Assembly (NCBI GenBank): GCA_964478425.1
Contig: CAYZIB010000001.1
Span: 15,100 to 79,099 of the forward strand
Direction of reading: 5' to 3'
Length of the DNA stretch: 64,000 nt
From: an uncultured Anaeroplasmatales bacterium
Lineage (GTDB): Bacteria > Bacillota_I > Bacilli_A > Acholeplasmatales > WRBM01
Shown here: positions 49,001 through 61,979 of the stretch, in pieces
Layout: each line of letters starts with the position of its first letter
Numbering within the stretch: the stretch's first letter is position 1
Made by a program: the position numbers and the translations under genes
Notes under the pieces: generated by a model
The model's input: the letters and a program-made list of their open reading frames with translations, nothing else
Told to the model about the DNA's origin: nothing
Databases searched by the model: none

Positions 49001-50305
49001 ATGGCAAAAGTTTGTATAGTTGGTAGACCAAATGTTGGAAAATCAACATTGTTTAACAGAATAGTTGGAGAAAGAATATCAATAACAGATGATCAACCTG
49101 GTATAACACGAGATAGAATTTATAGTAAAGCGACATGGCTTAATAGAACTTTTAATTTAATAGATACAGGAGGAATTGAATTATCAGATCAACCTTTTCA
49201 AGAAGAAATTAAAGCTCAAGCTATGGTAGCAATCCTTGAAGCAGATGTAATTATATTTTTATGTGATGCAAGAAATGGATTATTAAAAGAAGATGAAATT
49301 GTTGCAAAAATTTTATATAAATCAAATAAACCAGTAATTCTTGCTATAAATAAAGTTGATGATCAAAAATTTAAAGATTTAATATATGATTTTTATGCTC
49401 TTGGATTAGGTGATCCAATTCCTATTAGTAGTGCACATGGTATTGGAATCGGAGATTTATTAGATAGAGTAATAGAACTTTTACCAGAAGAAAATAATAA
49501 AGATTATGGCGATGAAGTTGTAAAATTTTGTGTTATCGGTAGACCAAATGTTGGTAAAAGTAGTTTAGTTAATACTATTTTAGGAACGGAAAGAGTAATC
49601 GTAAGTAATATTGAAGGTACAACAAGAGATTCAGTTGATACCGAATTTCAAAGAGATAATCAAAAATATGTTATTATTGATACTGCAGGTATAAAAAAAT
49701 CTGGTAGAATTTTTGAAAATGCTGATAAATACGCTTTAATTAGAGCATTAGATGCATTAGATAGATCAGATTTATGTTTAGTTGTAATAGATGCAGAAAA
49801 AGGGATTTTAGAGCAAGATAAACATATAGCTGGATATGCTAAAGATGCATCTAAAGCAGTAATTTTAGTAGTTAATAAATGGGATTTAGCATCTAAAGAT
49901 GATAAATCCATGAAAGAATTTGAATTAAAAATGAAAGAAAATTTTCAATTTTTAGATTACGCTAAAATATGTTATGTTTCAGCTTTAAAAAATAAAAGAA
50001 TTCATACAATTTTCCAAGAATTAAAATTAACATTAGATAGCTATGAAAGAAGAATTCCTACAAGTTTATTAAATGAATGTTTAACTGACGCAGTTGCTAT
50101 GAATATTCCTGGTTTAACTAAAAAAGGAAGAGCAAAATTTTATTATGCTACGCAAGTTGGTGTTAAACCTCCAACATTTGTATTATTTGTTAATGATCCT
50201 GAATTAATTCATTTTTCTTATCAAAGATATTTAGAAAATCAATTAAGAAAAAATTTTGATTTTGATGGTTCACCAATAAAATTGATTTTTAGAAAGAGGG
50301 AATAA
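49001..50305 (+). CDS. der: Ribosome biogenesis GTPase Der (EngA)
   Basis: Two GTPase domains ('IVGRPNVGKSTLFN', 'VIGRPNVGKSSLVN') and a KH-like C-terminus. Confidence 0.97.
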   Translation: MAKVCIVGRPNVGKSTLFNRIVGERISITDDQPGITRDRIYSKATWLNRTFNLIDTGGIELSDQPFQEEIKAQAMVAILEADVIIFLCDARNGLLKEDEIVAKILYKSNKPVILAINKVDDQKFKDLIYDFYALGLGDPIPISSAHGIGIGDLLDRVIELLPEENNKDYGDEVVKFCVIGRPNVGKSSLVNTILGTERVIVSNIEGTTRDSVDTEFQRDNQKYVIIDTAGIKKSGRIFENADKYALIRALDALDRSDLCLVVIDAEKGILEQDKHIAGYAKDASKAVILVVNKWDLASKDDKSMKEFELKMKENFQFLDYAKICYVSALKNKRIHTIFQELKLTLDSYERRIPTSLLNECLTDAVAMNIPGLTKKGRAKFYYATQVGVKPPTFVLFVNDPELIHFSYQRYLENQLRKNFDFDGSPIKLIFRKRE

Positions 50306-50306
50306 T

Positions 50307-51302
50307 ATGAAAGTTAGTATTATAGGAGGAGGTAGTTTTGGTACTACACTTGCTCAAGTATTATATGATAATAATCATGAAGCTTTAGTATATGATATAA
50401 ATAATGATTTCGTTACTAATTTAAATAATAATCATCTGCACCCTTTTTTTAATGATGTATACTTAGATAAAAGAGTTAAAGGTACAACTAGTTTAATTGA
50501 AGCTATTAATTATAGTGATATATTACTAATTGCATTACCAACTAAAGTAATTAGACAAGTATTAAAAGATATTAATAAATTATTAAAATCAAAAAAATTA
50601 TTTATATCTGTTTCAAAAGGAATTGAACCAGATACAAAATGTTTAATAAGCGAAATTATTAATCAAGAAATAAAACATGAATTTTTAAAAGGGTTTGTAT
50701 TTTTAACTGGTCCTTCTCATGCAGAAGAATTAGTTTTAAGAAAACTAACATGTCTAGTAAGCGTTAGTAATAATTTAGAAAATGCGTTATTTGTACAAAA
50801 ATTATTTAATAATAAAGAATATCTTAGAGTATATCGTGGCAATGATTTAATAGGTAGTCAAGTTTCATCTGCAATAAAAAATGCGATTGCTGTTGTAAGT
50901 GGTATGGCAACAGGATATGGCTTAGGTGAAAATGCAAGATCAGCATTAATTAGTAGAGGAATTTTAGAAATAGCTAAAGTTGTAGAAGTAAAAGGTGGTA
51001 AAAAAGAAACTGCTTTTGGATTAACAGGTATTGGGGATTTGATTGTAACAGCTTCAAGTCTTAATTCAAGAAATTTTCAAGCTGGTTTAAAAATAGGGCA
51101 AGGTTATACAAAAGAAGAAGTTTTAAATGAATCTAAAATGGTTGTTGAAGGATTTAGAACAATCCTTGCTACATATGAAATAAAACAAGAATATAATTTA
51201 GATTTACCAATAATTGAAGCAGCATATAAAGTTTTATATGAAAATGCTAATGTTAAAGATCAATTATATGAACTTCTTTCACGTGATTTAAAACAAGAAT
51301 AG
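50307..51302 (+). CDS. gpsA: NAD(P)H-dependent glycerol-3-phosphate dehydrogenase
   Basis: 'IIGGGSFGTTLA', 'GPSHAEE' and 'GLGENARSALISRG'. Confidence 0.95.
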   Translation: MKVSIIGGGSFGTTLAQVLYDNNHEALVYDINNDFVTNLNNNHLHPFFNDVYLDKRVKGTTSLIEAINYSDILLIALPTKVIRQVLKDINKLLKSKKLFISVSKGIEPDTKCLISEIINQEIKHEFLKGFVFLTGPSHAEELVLRKLTCLVSVSNNLENALFVQKLFNNKEYLRVYRGNDLIGSQVSSAIKNAIAVVSGMATGYGLGENARSALISRGILEIAKVVEVKGGKKETAFGLTGIGDLIVTASSLNSRNFQAGLKIGQGYTKEEVLNESKMVVEGFRTILATYEIKQEYNLDLPIIEAAYKVLYENANVKDQLYELLSRDLKQE

Positions 51303-51347
51303 ACACATTTTACTATTATATTCATAATATTATTATAGGAGGGTATT

Positions 51348-51584
51348 ATGAATTTTAGTAAAATATTTCAAATTTTAAATGATAAAAATATTGATAAAAA
51401 TGAGGTATTTCAATTAGTTGAAATAGTTAAAAATATGGATTTAACTGATGAAGATAATTTAAGATTAGTTATAAGAAAAGCAGCTAAAATCGCTCATAAA
51501 GAAATTCCAATTAATGTTGAAAATATAATTATAAATAAAATTAAAACTGAAGGAATTAATGCAAGTTTATTAGAATTTTTATAA
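51348..51584 (+). CDS. Small helical protein, possibly SpoVIF-like
   Basis: 78 aa, AGGAGGG RBS, immediately upstream of spoIVA. The pattern 'NMDLTDEDNLRLVIRKAAKIAHKEIP' resembles my memory of the SpoVIF family, but I could not verify this. Confidence 0.4.
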   Translation: MNFSKIFQILNDKNIDKNEVFQLVEIVKNMDLTDEDNLRLVIRKAAKIAHKEIPINVENIIINKIKTEGINASLLEFL

Positions 51585-51648
51585 ATTATGCATAATTTTT
51601 AATCTCTTGAATATTCTTTAATAGAAAGAATGGCGAGGGATTTTTTTT

Positions 51649-53124
51649 ATGAATGATATTATATTAAATGATTTTTTAACTAGAACAAAAGGAGAGTTCT
51701 ATATAGGAGTAGTAGGAAGTGTTAGAAGTGGTAAATCAACATTTATTAAAAAATTTATGGAACTTGAAATATTACCATATATAAAAGATGATTTAGTTAA
51801 AAATAAAATAATTGACGAATTACCACAAACTCAAAGTGGAAAAACTATAATGACTGTAGAACCAAAATTTATTCCAAGTAATACAGTTTCTATTAATATA
51901 GATAATGAAATTGAAATGAATGTAAGACTAGTTGATTCTGTTGGATTCGTTATACCTAAAGCATTAGGACACTTTAATGAAGATGGTCCAAGAATGGTAA
52001 ATACTCCTTGGTTTGAAGAACCAATACCATTTAAAGAAGCAGCAGAAATAGGAACAAAAAAAGTAATTCAAAATCATTCTACTTTAGGTATTATGATTAC
52101 AAGTGATGGATCATTTGGTGAATTTGATCGAAGTGATTATAAAACTATAGAACCACAATTAATTGATGAATTAAAATCGTATGATAAACCATTTGTTGTT
52201 GTTTTAAATAGTAAAGATCCATTAAATGAAAAAACATTAGAATATGAAAAAGAAATAAAAGAATTATACAATGTATCAGTTATAACCATAAATGTAGAAC
52301 AAATGACAAAAGATGATATTAATAACATTTTAAAAACTGCATTACTTGAATTTAAAATAGAAGAAATGAATATTTATTTACCTAATTGGGTTAATGCATT
52401 AGATAATAAAAATAAATATAAAAATATGATAGATGATTATATTTTAAATCAAACAAATAATTTAAAAAGATTTAAAGATGCTGTTATGATTAAAGATAAA
52501 TTATCTGAATTTGAACTTTTTAGTAGTGTTGAGATGACTAAAGTAGATCCTACAAATGGATGCGTTATGATAAATATTGAAGTAATAGATGATATATATG
52601 ATGAAATCATTAAAGATCTTATTGGCAATACAATAAATGATAAAAGTGATTTTATTAAAATATTAACAGAATATAAAGAATTAAAAAATAATTATGGTAC
52701 ATTAAAAGAAGCATTAGAAAAAGCAAAAGCAACCGGTTATGGAATTTCAATACCTGATTTTTTCGATATGAAATTAGATAAACCAGAAATTGTTAAACAA
52801 GGAAATAGATTTGGAGTAAAAATTAAAGCTCAAGCACCTACATTACATATTATAAAAGTTAATGTCAATTCAACATTTGAACCAATTATAGGAACTGAAG
52901 AACAATGTAAAACATTAATTGATAATTTAATAAATGATAAAGAAGAAGATTTAAATAAAGTTTGGGAATCAGAAATTTTTGGTAGAAAATTAAAAGATTT
53001 AGTTATTGATGGGATGAAACAAAAATTATATTTAATGCCAAATAAAATTCAAGTTAAATTAGCAGATACTTTAGAAAGAATAGTAAATAGGGGAAACAGT
53101 ACATTGATTGCTATATTATTATAA
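51649..53124 (+). CDS. spoIVA: Stage IV sporulation protein A (coat basement-layer ATPase)
   Basis: 'RTKGEFYIGVVGSVRSGKSTFIKKFM' Walker A, 491 aa, 'LVDSVGF'. Confidence 0.95.
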   Translation: MNDIILNDFLTRTKGEFYIGVVGSVRSGKSTFIKKFMELEILPYIKDDLVKNKIIDELPQTQSGKTIMTVEPKFIPSNTVSINIDNEIEMNVRLVDSVGFVIPKALGHFNEDGPRMVNTPWFEEPIPFKEAAEIGTKKVIQNHSTLGIMITSDGSFGEFDRSDYKTIEPQLIDELKSYDKPFVVVLNSKDPLNEKTLEYEKEIKELYNVSVITINVEQMTKDDINNILKTALLEFKIEEMNIYLPNWVNALDNKNKYKNMIDDYILNQTNNLKRFKDAVMIKDKLSEFELFSSVEMTKVDPTNGCVMINIEVIDDIYDEIIKDLIGNTINDKSDFIKILTEYKELKNNYGTLKEALEKAKATGYGISIPDFFDMKLDKPEIVKQGNRFGVKIKAQAPTLHIIKVNVNSTFEPIIGTEEQCKTLIDNLINDKEEDLNKVWESEIFGRKLKDLVIDGMKQKLYLMPNKIQVKLADTLERIVNRGNSTLIAILL

Positions 53125-53155
53125 AAAAATAGGAAGAAATTTTCTTCCTATTTTA
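53124..53155. terminator. Bidirectional terminator between spoIVA and the small convergent gene
   Basis: 9-bp stem TAGGAAGAA/TTCTTCCTA flanked by A7 and T4. Confidence 0.7.
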
Positions 53156-53164
53156 ATGTTTTTA

Positions 53165-53353
53165 TTAAAATTTATCGATTATTTCAATAATCAACGCAAC
53201 TAATGTTGAACATACAAATCCAATTGTTAAAATAACAACAGCTAATTTACCCCACCATTTTTTAGTTGGATTTGATAATGTCTCAGATAAAGAACTTGAT
53301 TTTTTTTCTTGTTTTTCTTCTTTTTTAAATTTTTTATATGATTTATTTGCCAC
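53165..53353 (-). CDS. Small tail-anchored membrane protein (62 aa)
   Basis: GTG start 6 nt after GAGGTG. It has a Lys/Glu/Ser-rich N-terminus and a C-terminal TM helix 'LAVVILTIGFVCSTLVALIIEII'. Confidence 0.5.
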   Translation of the reverse strand: MANKSYKKFKKEEKQEKKSSSLSETLSNPTKKWWGKLAVVILTIGFVCSTLVALIIEIIDKF

Positions 53354-53434
53354 AATAACACCTCACTATGTTATAATATTAATAGTATACAAAAAGTATT
53401 ATATAATAAAATTTAAAAAAAAGGAAGAGTTTTT

Positions 53435-54619
53435 ATGCAAAATGTAAAAATAATTTTTCATGTTGATATGAACGCTTTTTTTTGTTCAGTAGAAGAAATT
53501 AAAAATCCATATTTAAAAGGAAAAGCCTTTGCAATAGGTAATGAAAAAACTTCAAGAGGTGTAATTTCAACATGTAGTTATGAAGCAAGAAAATATGGGA
53601 TAAAAAGTGCTATGAGTGTTATTAAAGCTAAAGAAATATTACCATCATTAATATTTGTAGATTCAAATTTCGAATTATATAATTATTATTCAAATATGTT
53701 TATGGATTTATTGTTAGAATATACAGATAAAGTCTTTATGGCTTCTGTTGATGAAGCATATATGGATGTTACTGATATCGATTATATTCATCCTTTATCT
53801 TTAGCAGAAGAAATTCAAAAAAGAGTTTTAGAAGAACTTAATTTACCTTGCTCAATTGGAATTGGTCCTACATTATTTTTAGCTAAAATGGCATCTGATA
53901 TGAAAAAACCATTAGGTATAACAGTGTTAAGAAAAAGAGAATTAAAAGAAAAATTATATCCTTTAGATATTAAAGAAATGTATGGTGTAGGAAAAAAAAC
54001 ATATCCATTATTTTATGAAAATAACATTAAAACAATTAATGATTTTGTTAATAATTATGACTTATTAATAAAAAATCAAAAATTTAGTAAAAAAATTTTA
54101 GAAGAATTATATTTATGTGCAACCGGTAAGTCAACTGATATAGTTGATCCTTATAAATATAATGAACCGACAAGCATTGGAGTTTCTAAAACATTAAATA
54201 TTGATACTGATAATGAATTAGTTTTAAAACAAGAATTAAAACAACTTGCTATTGAACTTGCATCAAGAATTATAAATTATAATAAACATGCAAAAACAAT
54301 AAGTATTCAAATTAAATATTATAATTTTAAAACAACACAAAAAAGTAAGACATTAAATGAATATATAAATAATCAAGAAGATATATTTGATTATGCGTAT
54401 GATCTATTTTTAGAAAATTGGAATTTTAATGAAGTAAGATTATTAGGTATAACACTTAGTAATTTTAAACAAGATATTGATGATATAAATCTTTTTAATA
54501 TTCCAGTTATTAAGAATAAAGATATAGAAGTTGAAAAATTATTAAATAGATTAAAAAATGAATTTGGTGAAAATATAATTGATTTGGGAATAAAAAAAGA
54601 TAATAAAAAATCTAAATAA
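53435..54619 (+). CDS. dinB: DNA polymerase IV (Y-family)
   Basis: 'HVDMNAFFCSVEE', 'SVDEAYMDVT' and 'GVGKKT'. Confidence 0.93.
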   Translation: MQNVKIIFHVDMNAFFCSVEEIKNPYLKGKAFAIGNEKTSRGVISTCSYEARKYGIKSAMSVIKAKEILPSLIFVDSNFELYNYYSNMFMDLLLEYTDKVFMASVDEAYMDVTDIDYIHPLSLAEEIQKRVLEELNLPCSIGIGPTLFLAKMASDMKKPLGITVLRKRELKEKLYPLDIKEMYGVGKKTYPLFYENNIKTINDFVNNYDLLIKNQKFSKKILEELYLCATGKSTDIVDPYKYNEPTSIGVSKTLNIDTDNELVLKQELKQLAIELASRIINYNKHAKTISIQIKYYNFKTTQKSKTLNEYINNQEDIFDYAYDLFLENWNFNEVRLLGITLSNFKQDIDDINLFNIPVIKNKDIEVEKLLNRLKNEFGENIIDLGIKKDNKKSK

Positions 54620-54621
54620 TA

Positions 54622-55443
54622 TTAAATATTGTTTAAATAATTTATTATCTCTTTTTTTAAAAAATTTGGAGTAGATGTTCCTGATATTATTCCAATTTTT
54701 TTATAATTATTAAAATTTTTATTAAATAATTCTTTATATGATTCAATGAAAATTGCTTTATTATGATATATTTTAGCTAATTCATATAGTTCATTACAAT
54801 TGCTACTTGTTTTATCACCAACAACAATCACTAAATCTAATTTTTCGTGATTTTTAATAATATTTTGTCTTTTTATTGTTTCTGAACATATTGTATTTTC
54901 AATTATTGCATTTTTAAAATTATTTTTAATATATTCATGAATTAAATTTAAATCTTCAATTTTTAATGTTGTTTGATTTACAACATATATTTTTTCATTT
55001 TTAAAATCTAAATTTAAATCACTTACTTTTTCAATTAAGTATATATCATTAGAATAACTAATTATTCCTTTTGTTTCTGTATGATTTTTTTTACCAATAT
55101 AAAAAATTTTATAGTCTTTATCTAAATAATTTAAAATTTTTGATTTTATATTTTTTATTATTGGACATGTTGCGTCAATTATATTTATATTATTATTTTT
55201 TAAATAATCAATATTTTTTTTTGTTGTTCCATGGGCTGTAATTATTAATGAATCATTTAGTTTTAATGTTTTTAAATTATCTATTTCATTAATATTTTTT
55301 GATTTAATTTCTTCTTGAACATAAGAATTATGTACTAATTTTCCTAAAATATAATAATTTTTATAACTATTTTCTTTTATAATATTTAAAGCATTTTTAA
55401 CACCAAAACAATATTCATCATTATATAAATCAATAATATCCAT
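54622..55443 (-). CDS. ispH: 4-hydroxy-3-methylbut-2-enyl diphosphate reductase IspH
   Basis: 'ITAHGT', 'DATCPII', 'NTICSET' and 'SSNCNEL', which include the three cluster cysteines. Confidence 0.9.
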   Translation of the reverse strand: MDIIDLYNDEYCFGVKNALNIIKENSYKNYYILGKLVHNSYVQEEIKSKNINEIDNLKTLKLNDSLIITAHGTTKKNIDYLKNNNINIIDATCPIIKNIKSKILNYLDKDYKIFYIGKKNHTETKGIISYSNDIYLIEKVSDLNLDFKNEKIYVVNQTTLKIEDLNLIHEYIKNNFKNAIIENTICSETIKRQNIIKNHEKLDLVIVVGDKTSSNCNELYELAKIYHNKAIFIESYKELFNKNFNNYKKIGIISGTSTPNFLKKEIINYLNNI

Positions 55444-55523
55444 TTTATCACCATTTATATTATATTATTTAACTAGATTTTTTAAAAGAAAAATTGTATA
55501 ATATTTTAAAAAAGGAGTATGTT

Positions 55524-56813
55524 ATGAGTTTACAAGATTTTAATATTAAAGAATATATAATAAAAAGTTTAGAAGAAATTGGTTTTAAAGATTATACAGA
55601 TATTCAAAAAAAAGTTATTAAAGAAGCATTAGATAATAATAATTTAATTGCATGTTCAAAAACAGGAAGTGGTAAAACCCATGCTTTTTTAATTCCAGTT
55701 TTTAATAATATTTCTGAATCAATTAAAAAAACTCAAGCTGTAATTATGGCTCCTACAAAAGAACTTGCTATTCAAATTTATACTTTTTCAAAAAAAATAA
55801 ATCCGAATATTGATATTAAATGTTTTACTGGAGGTAGCGATAGAAAAAGGGATATCGAAAAATTAAAAAATAGTAGCCCTATTATTGTTATTGGTACTCC
55901 TGGAAGAATTAATGATTATTTAAAAGAAGGAATATTGAATCTAAGTTCTACTAAAATGTTTGTTGTTGATGAAGCTGATATGACATTTGAAAATGGTTTT
56001 TTAGATGATGTTTATAATATAGTTAATAGTAATCAAGATGCTCAAATAATGGTATTTTCAGCCACAATATTTGAACAAATTAAAGCTTTTATGAAAAAGG
56101 TTACCAAAAACAAAGCTTATAGTTTAATATATAGTAATGATTTTAAAGACTTAAAAATAGATCATTATTTTATTAAACTTAAAAAAAATGAAGATAAATG
56201 GAATGCATTACTAAAATTCATTAAATTAAAAAATCCTTATTTATGTATGATTTTTGCTAATACAAAGAAGAAAGTTGAAGAAATACATGAATTTTTATTA
56301 AATAATGGAATAGATAATTTAGAAATACATGGTAATTTAACATCAAGAAAAAGAAAACAAAATATATTAGAATCAAAAAGATTAAAATATCAATATATTG
56401 TTTGCTCTGATATAGCTGCTAGAGGTATTGATATTGAAGGAGTTTCTGTAGTATTAAATTTTGAATTACCAACTGATATTGAATTTTATTTACATAGAAG
56501 TGGAAGAACTGGTAGAAATAATTTTTCAGGAGAATGTTATAGCTTTTATGATTTTGATAATAAAGAATACATTGATTATTTAGAAAGTAAAGGTTTAAAA
56601 ATTAATTATAAAAAATTTATAGAAGATGAGTTAGTTGATTTAAATGTAAATAGAGAAAAAAGAGTAAAACCTGTTAAAGAATCTGAAATTTTAGCTAAAA
56701 AATTAGTTAAAAAAAGTAATAAAGTAAAACCTGGTTATAAGAAAAAATATCAAGAAGAAGTTAAAAAAACTGTAAAAAAATTAGAAAAAAATAAAAAAAG
56801 ATATTTTAAATAG
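55524..56813 (+). CDS. DEAD-box ATP-dependent RNA helicase
   Basis: Motifs 'SKTGSGKTHAF', 'PTKELA', 'VVDEAD', 'SAT' and 'HRSGRTGR', with a Lys-rich tail. ATG 55524 follows AAAGGAG. Confidence 0.9.
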   Translation: MSLQDFNIKEYIIKSLEEIGFKDYTDIQKKVIKEALDNNNLIACSKTGSGKTHAFLIPVFNNISESIKKTQAVIMAPTKELAIQIYTFSKKINPNIDIKCFTGGSDRKRDIEKLKNSSPIIVIGTPGRINDYLKEGILNLSSTKMFVVDEADMTFENGFLDDVYNIVNSNQDAQIMVFSATIFEQIKAFMKKVTKNKAYSLIYSNDFKDLKIDHYFIKLKKNEDKWNALLKFIKLKNPYLCMIFANTKKKVEEIHEFLLNNGIDNLEIHGNLTSRKRKQNILESKRLKYQYIVCSDIAARGIDIEGVSVVLNFELPTDIEFYLHRSGRTGRNNFSGECYSFYDFDNKEYIDYLESKGLKINYKKFIEDELVDLNVNREKRVKPVKESEILAKKLVKKSNKVKPGYKKKYQEEVKKTVKKLEKNKKRYFK

Positions 56814-56822
56814 GAGGAAATT

Positions 56823-58237
56823 ATGCGTAAAACAAAAATTATTTGTACATTAGGACCAGCAGTTGATTCAAAAGAAATGTTAAAAAGTTTAATGTTAAAT
56901 GGAATGGATTGTGCAAGAATAAATTTTTCTCATGGTACACATCAAGAACAAAAGGTTCGTATGGATTTAGTAAAAAGTTTAAGAAAAGAATTAAATTTAC
57001 CAATTCCAATTTTATTAGATACAAAAGGACCTGAAATTCGTTTAAGAGATTTTAAAGATAATTCTGTTTATTTAAATCAGGGTCAAAAATTTATTTTATC
57101 TGCTAATTATGATTTAATTGGAGATGAAAATATAGTAGGTTTAACATATCCAAATTTAGCAAAATATGTAAATATTGGATGCAAAATTTTAATTGATGAT
57201 GGAAAAATTGGATTAGAAGTTACAAATATTTTAGATAAGGATTTAGAGTGTATTGTTTTAAATTCAGGATTTGTAAGTAATCACAAAAGTATAAATATTC
57301 CAAATGTTATTGTTGATATGCCGTATTTATCAGAAGTTGATAAAAAGGATATTTTATTTGGAATAAAAGAAGATGTTGATTATATCGCTGCATCTTTTGT
57401 AAGAAGAAAACAAGATGTAATAGATTTAAGAAATTTTTTAAATGAAAATAATGGAAAAAATATTTTAATTATATCTAAAATTGAAAATACCGAAGGTATT
57501 AGTAATATGCAAGAGATAATTGATGAATCAGATGGTATAATGGTAGCAAGAGGAGATATGGGTGTTGAAGTACCATTTACAAAATTACCAGCTATTCAAA
57601 AAAACATGATTAAAAGATGTTATGAATCTGGAAAATTAGTTATTACAGCAACTCAAATGTTAGACTCAATGCAACAAAATCCAAGACCAACAAGAGCAGA
57701 AGTAAGTGATGTTGCAAATGCTATATATGATAAGACTACAGGAATTATGTTAAGTGGTGAATCTGCAGCTGGAAAATATCCTATTGAATCTGTTACAGCT
57801 ATGTCTGATATTGCATTATTTGCTGAAAGCTCAATTAATTATAAAAAAAGATTTTATGAAAAGAATCTTGATTTAGGAAATGATTTTTTATCTGCAATTT
57901 GTAATTCTGCTTGTAATGCAAGTTACCAAATTGATGCTAAAGCAATTATTTGTGTAACTAAAAATGGATTAACTGCATTTAAACTTGCTGCGTATAAACC
58001 TAATTGTCCAATAATTGCAGTAGTTGTAAATGAAAAAGCTATGAGACAACTTAATTTAGCATGGAATGTTTTACCTATTTTAGCAACCGAAAAACATACA
58101 ACTGATGAAATATTTATGCATGGAATAGAAAAAGCTTTAGAAAGTAAGTTAGTTAATAAAGGTGATAAAGTAATTATAACTGGTGGTTCAGCAATTGGAT
58201 TAAAATCAACAGATATGATGAAATTACATATTGTTTA

Positions 58238-58238
<1 letters not shown>
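56823..58238 (+). CDS. pyk: Pyruvate kinase
   Basis: 'RKTKIICTLGPA', 'NFSHG' and 'MVARGDMGVE'. Confidence 0.97.
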
Positions 58239-60837
<2,599 letters not shown>

Positions 60838-60839
<2 letters not shown>

Positions 60840-60868
60840 AACACATTTTTTTGATGTGTTTTTTTTAT
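60838..60868 (+). terminator. tgt terminator
   Basis: 9-bp stem AAAACACAT/ATGTGTTTT followed by a T-tract. Confidence 0.7.
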
Positions 60869-60899
60869 TATTTAAATCATATATTTAAATGGTGAATAT

Positions 60900-61979
60900 A
60901 TGAAATATGCAAAAAGAATTAAAATATCAACTTTTATATTAGTTTTATTTGGTATATTAATGATTTATAGTGCATCTTGTATATGGGCAGAATATAAATA
61001 TAATAATCCATATTATTATCTTATTAGACAAATATTGTTTGCTATAATAGGAATAATAATTTTTATTATTGTTAATAAAATTAATATATTTTTTTGGTAT
61101 AAAAATGCAAGTATTATTTTCTTATTAAGTTTAATTTTATTAATTTTAGTTTTAATTCCAGGAATAGGAATAGTAAGAGGTGGTGCTAGAAGTTGGATTG
61201 GAATAGGAAATTTTTCAATTCAACCTGCAGAATTTATTAAAATATTTTTTATGATTTTATTAAGTAAATATTTATCAAATTATCCTAAAGATATTAAAAG
61301 TTTAAAAAATCTGATTTTTTTAGGATTATTAATAGGTTTTATAACAATTTTAATTATGTTAGAACCAGATTTAGGAACAGCAATTGTATTTTTATTATCA
61401 ATAGGAATATTAATTATAATTAGTGGATTACCATTTAAATATTTTATAATAATAATTTTATTTAGTATTGTTGGTTTTTCGTTTTTAATCATATCAGAAC
61501 CATATAGAATAAATAGAATTATATCTTTTATTGATCCTTGGAAAGATCCTTTAAACACTGGATTTCAAACTATACAATCTTTATATGCATTAGTTCCATC
61601 AGGCATATTTGGGTTAGGCTTATTTAAAAGTAAACAAAAATATTTTTATTTACCAGAACCACAAACAGATTTTATATTTGCTATTATAAAAGAAGAATTA
61701 GGTTTAATAGGTGTCATTTTTTTATTAACCTTATTTTTTATTATTTTTTATAATGGAATTTTGATTTCTTTAAAAACAAAAAATTTATTTTTAAAATATC
61801 TAGCACTAGGAATAATTATTTTATTATTTGTTCAGTTTTTTATTAATATTTCAGTTGTAATTGGATTATTACCTGTTACAGGAATAACTTTACCGTTTAT
61901 TAGTTATGGTGGATCAAGCTTATTATTAAATATTTTTGGTATTTCATTATTATGTAAAATAGGGAGAGAAGAAAAATGA
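60900..61979 (+). CDS. ftsW: SEDS-family peptidoglycan polymerase (FtsW/SpoVE/RodA)
   Basis: 'PEPQTDFIFA' and 'LPVTGITLPFISYGGSS'. Its position upstream of murG-murB matches B. subtilis spoVE, so a SpoVE role is possible. Confidence 0.85.
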   Translation: MKYAKRIKISTFILVLFGILMIYSASCIWAEYKYNNPYYYLIRQILFAIIGIIIFIIVNKINIFFWYKNASIIFLLSLILLILVLIPGIGIVRGGARSWIGIGNFSIQPAEFIKIFFMILLSKYLSNYPKDIKSLKNLIFLGLLIGFITILIMLEPDLGTAIVFLLSIGILIIISGLPFKYFIIIILFSIVGFSFLIISEPYRINRIISFIDPWKDPLNTGFQTIQSLYALVPSGIFGLGLFKSKQKYFYLPEPQTDFIFAIIKEELGLIGVIFLLTLFFIIFYNGILISLKTKNLFLKYLALGIIILLFVQFFINISVVIGLLPVTGITLPFISYGGSSLLLNIFGISLLCKIGREEK

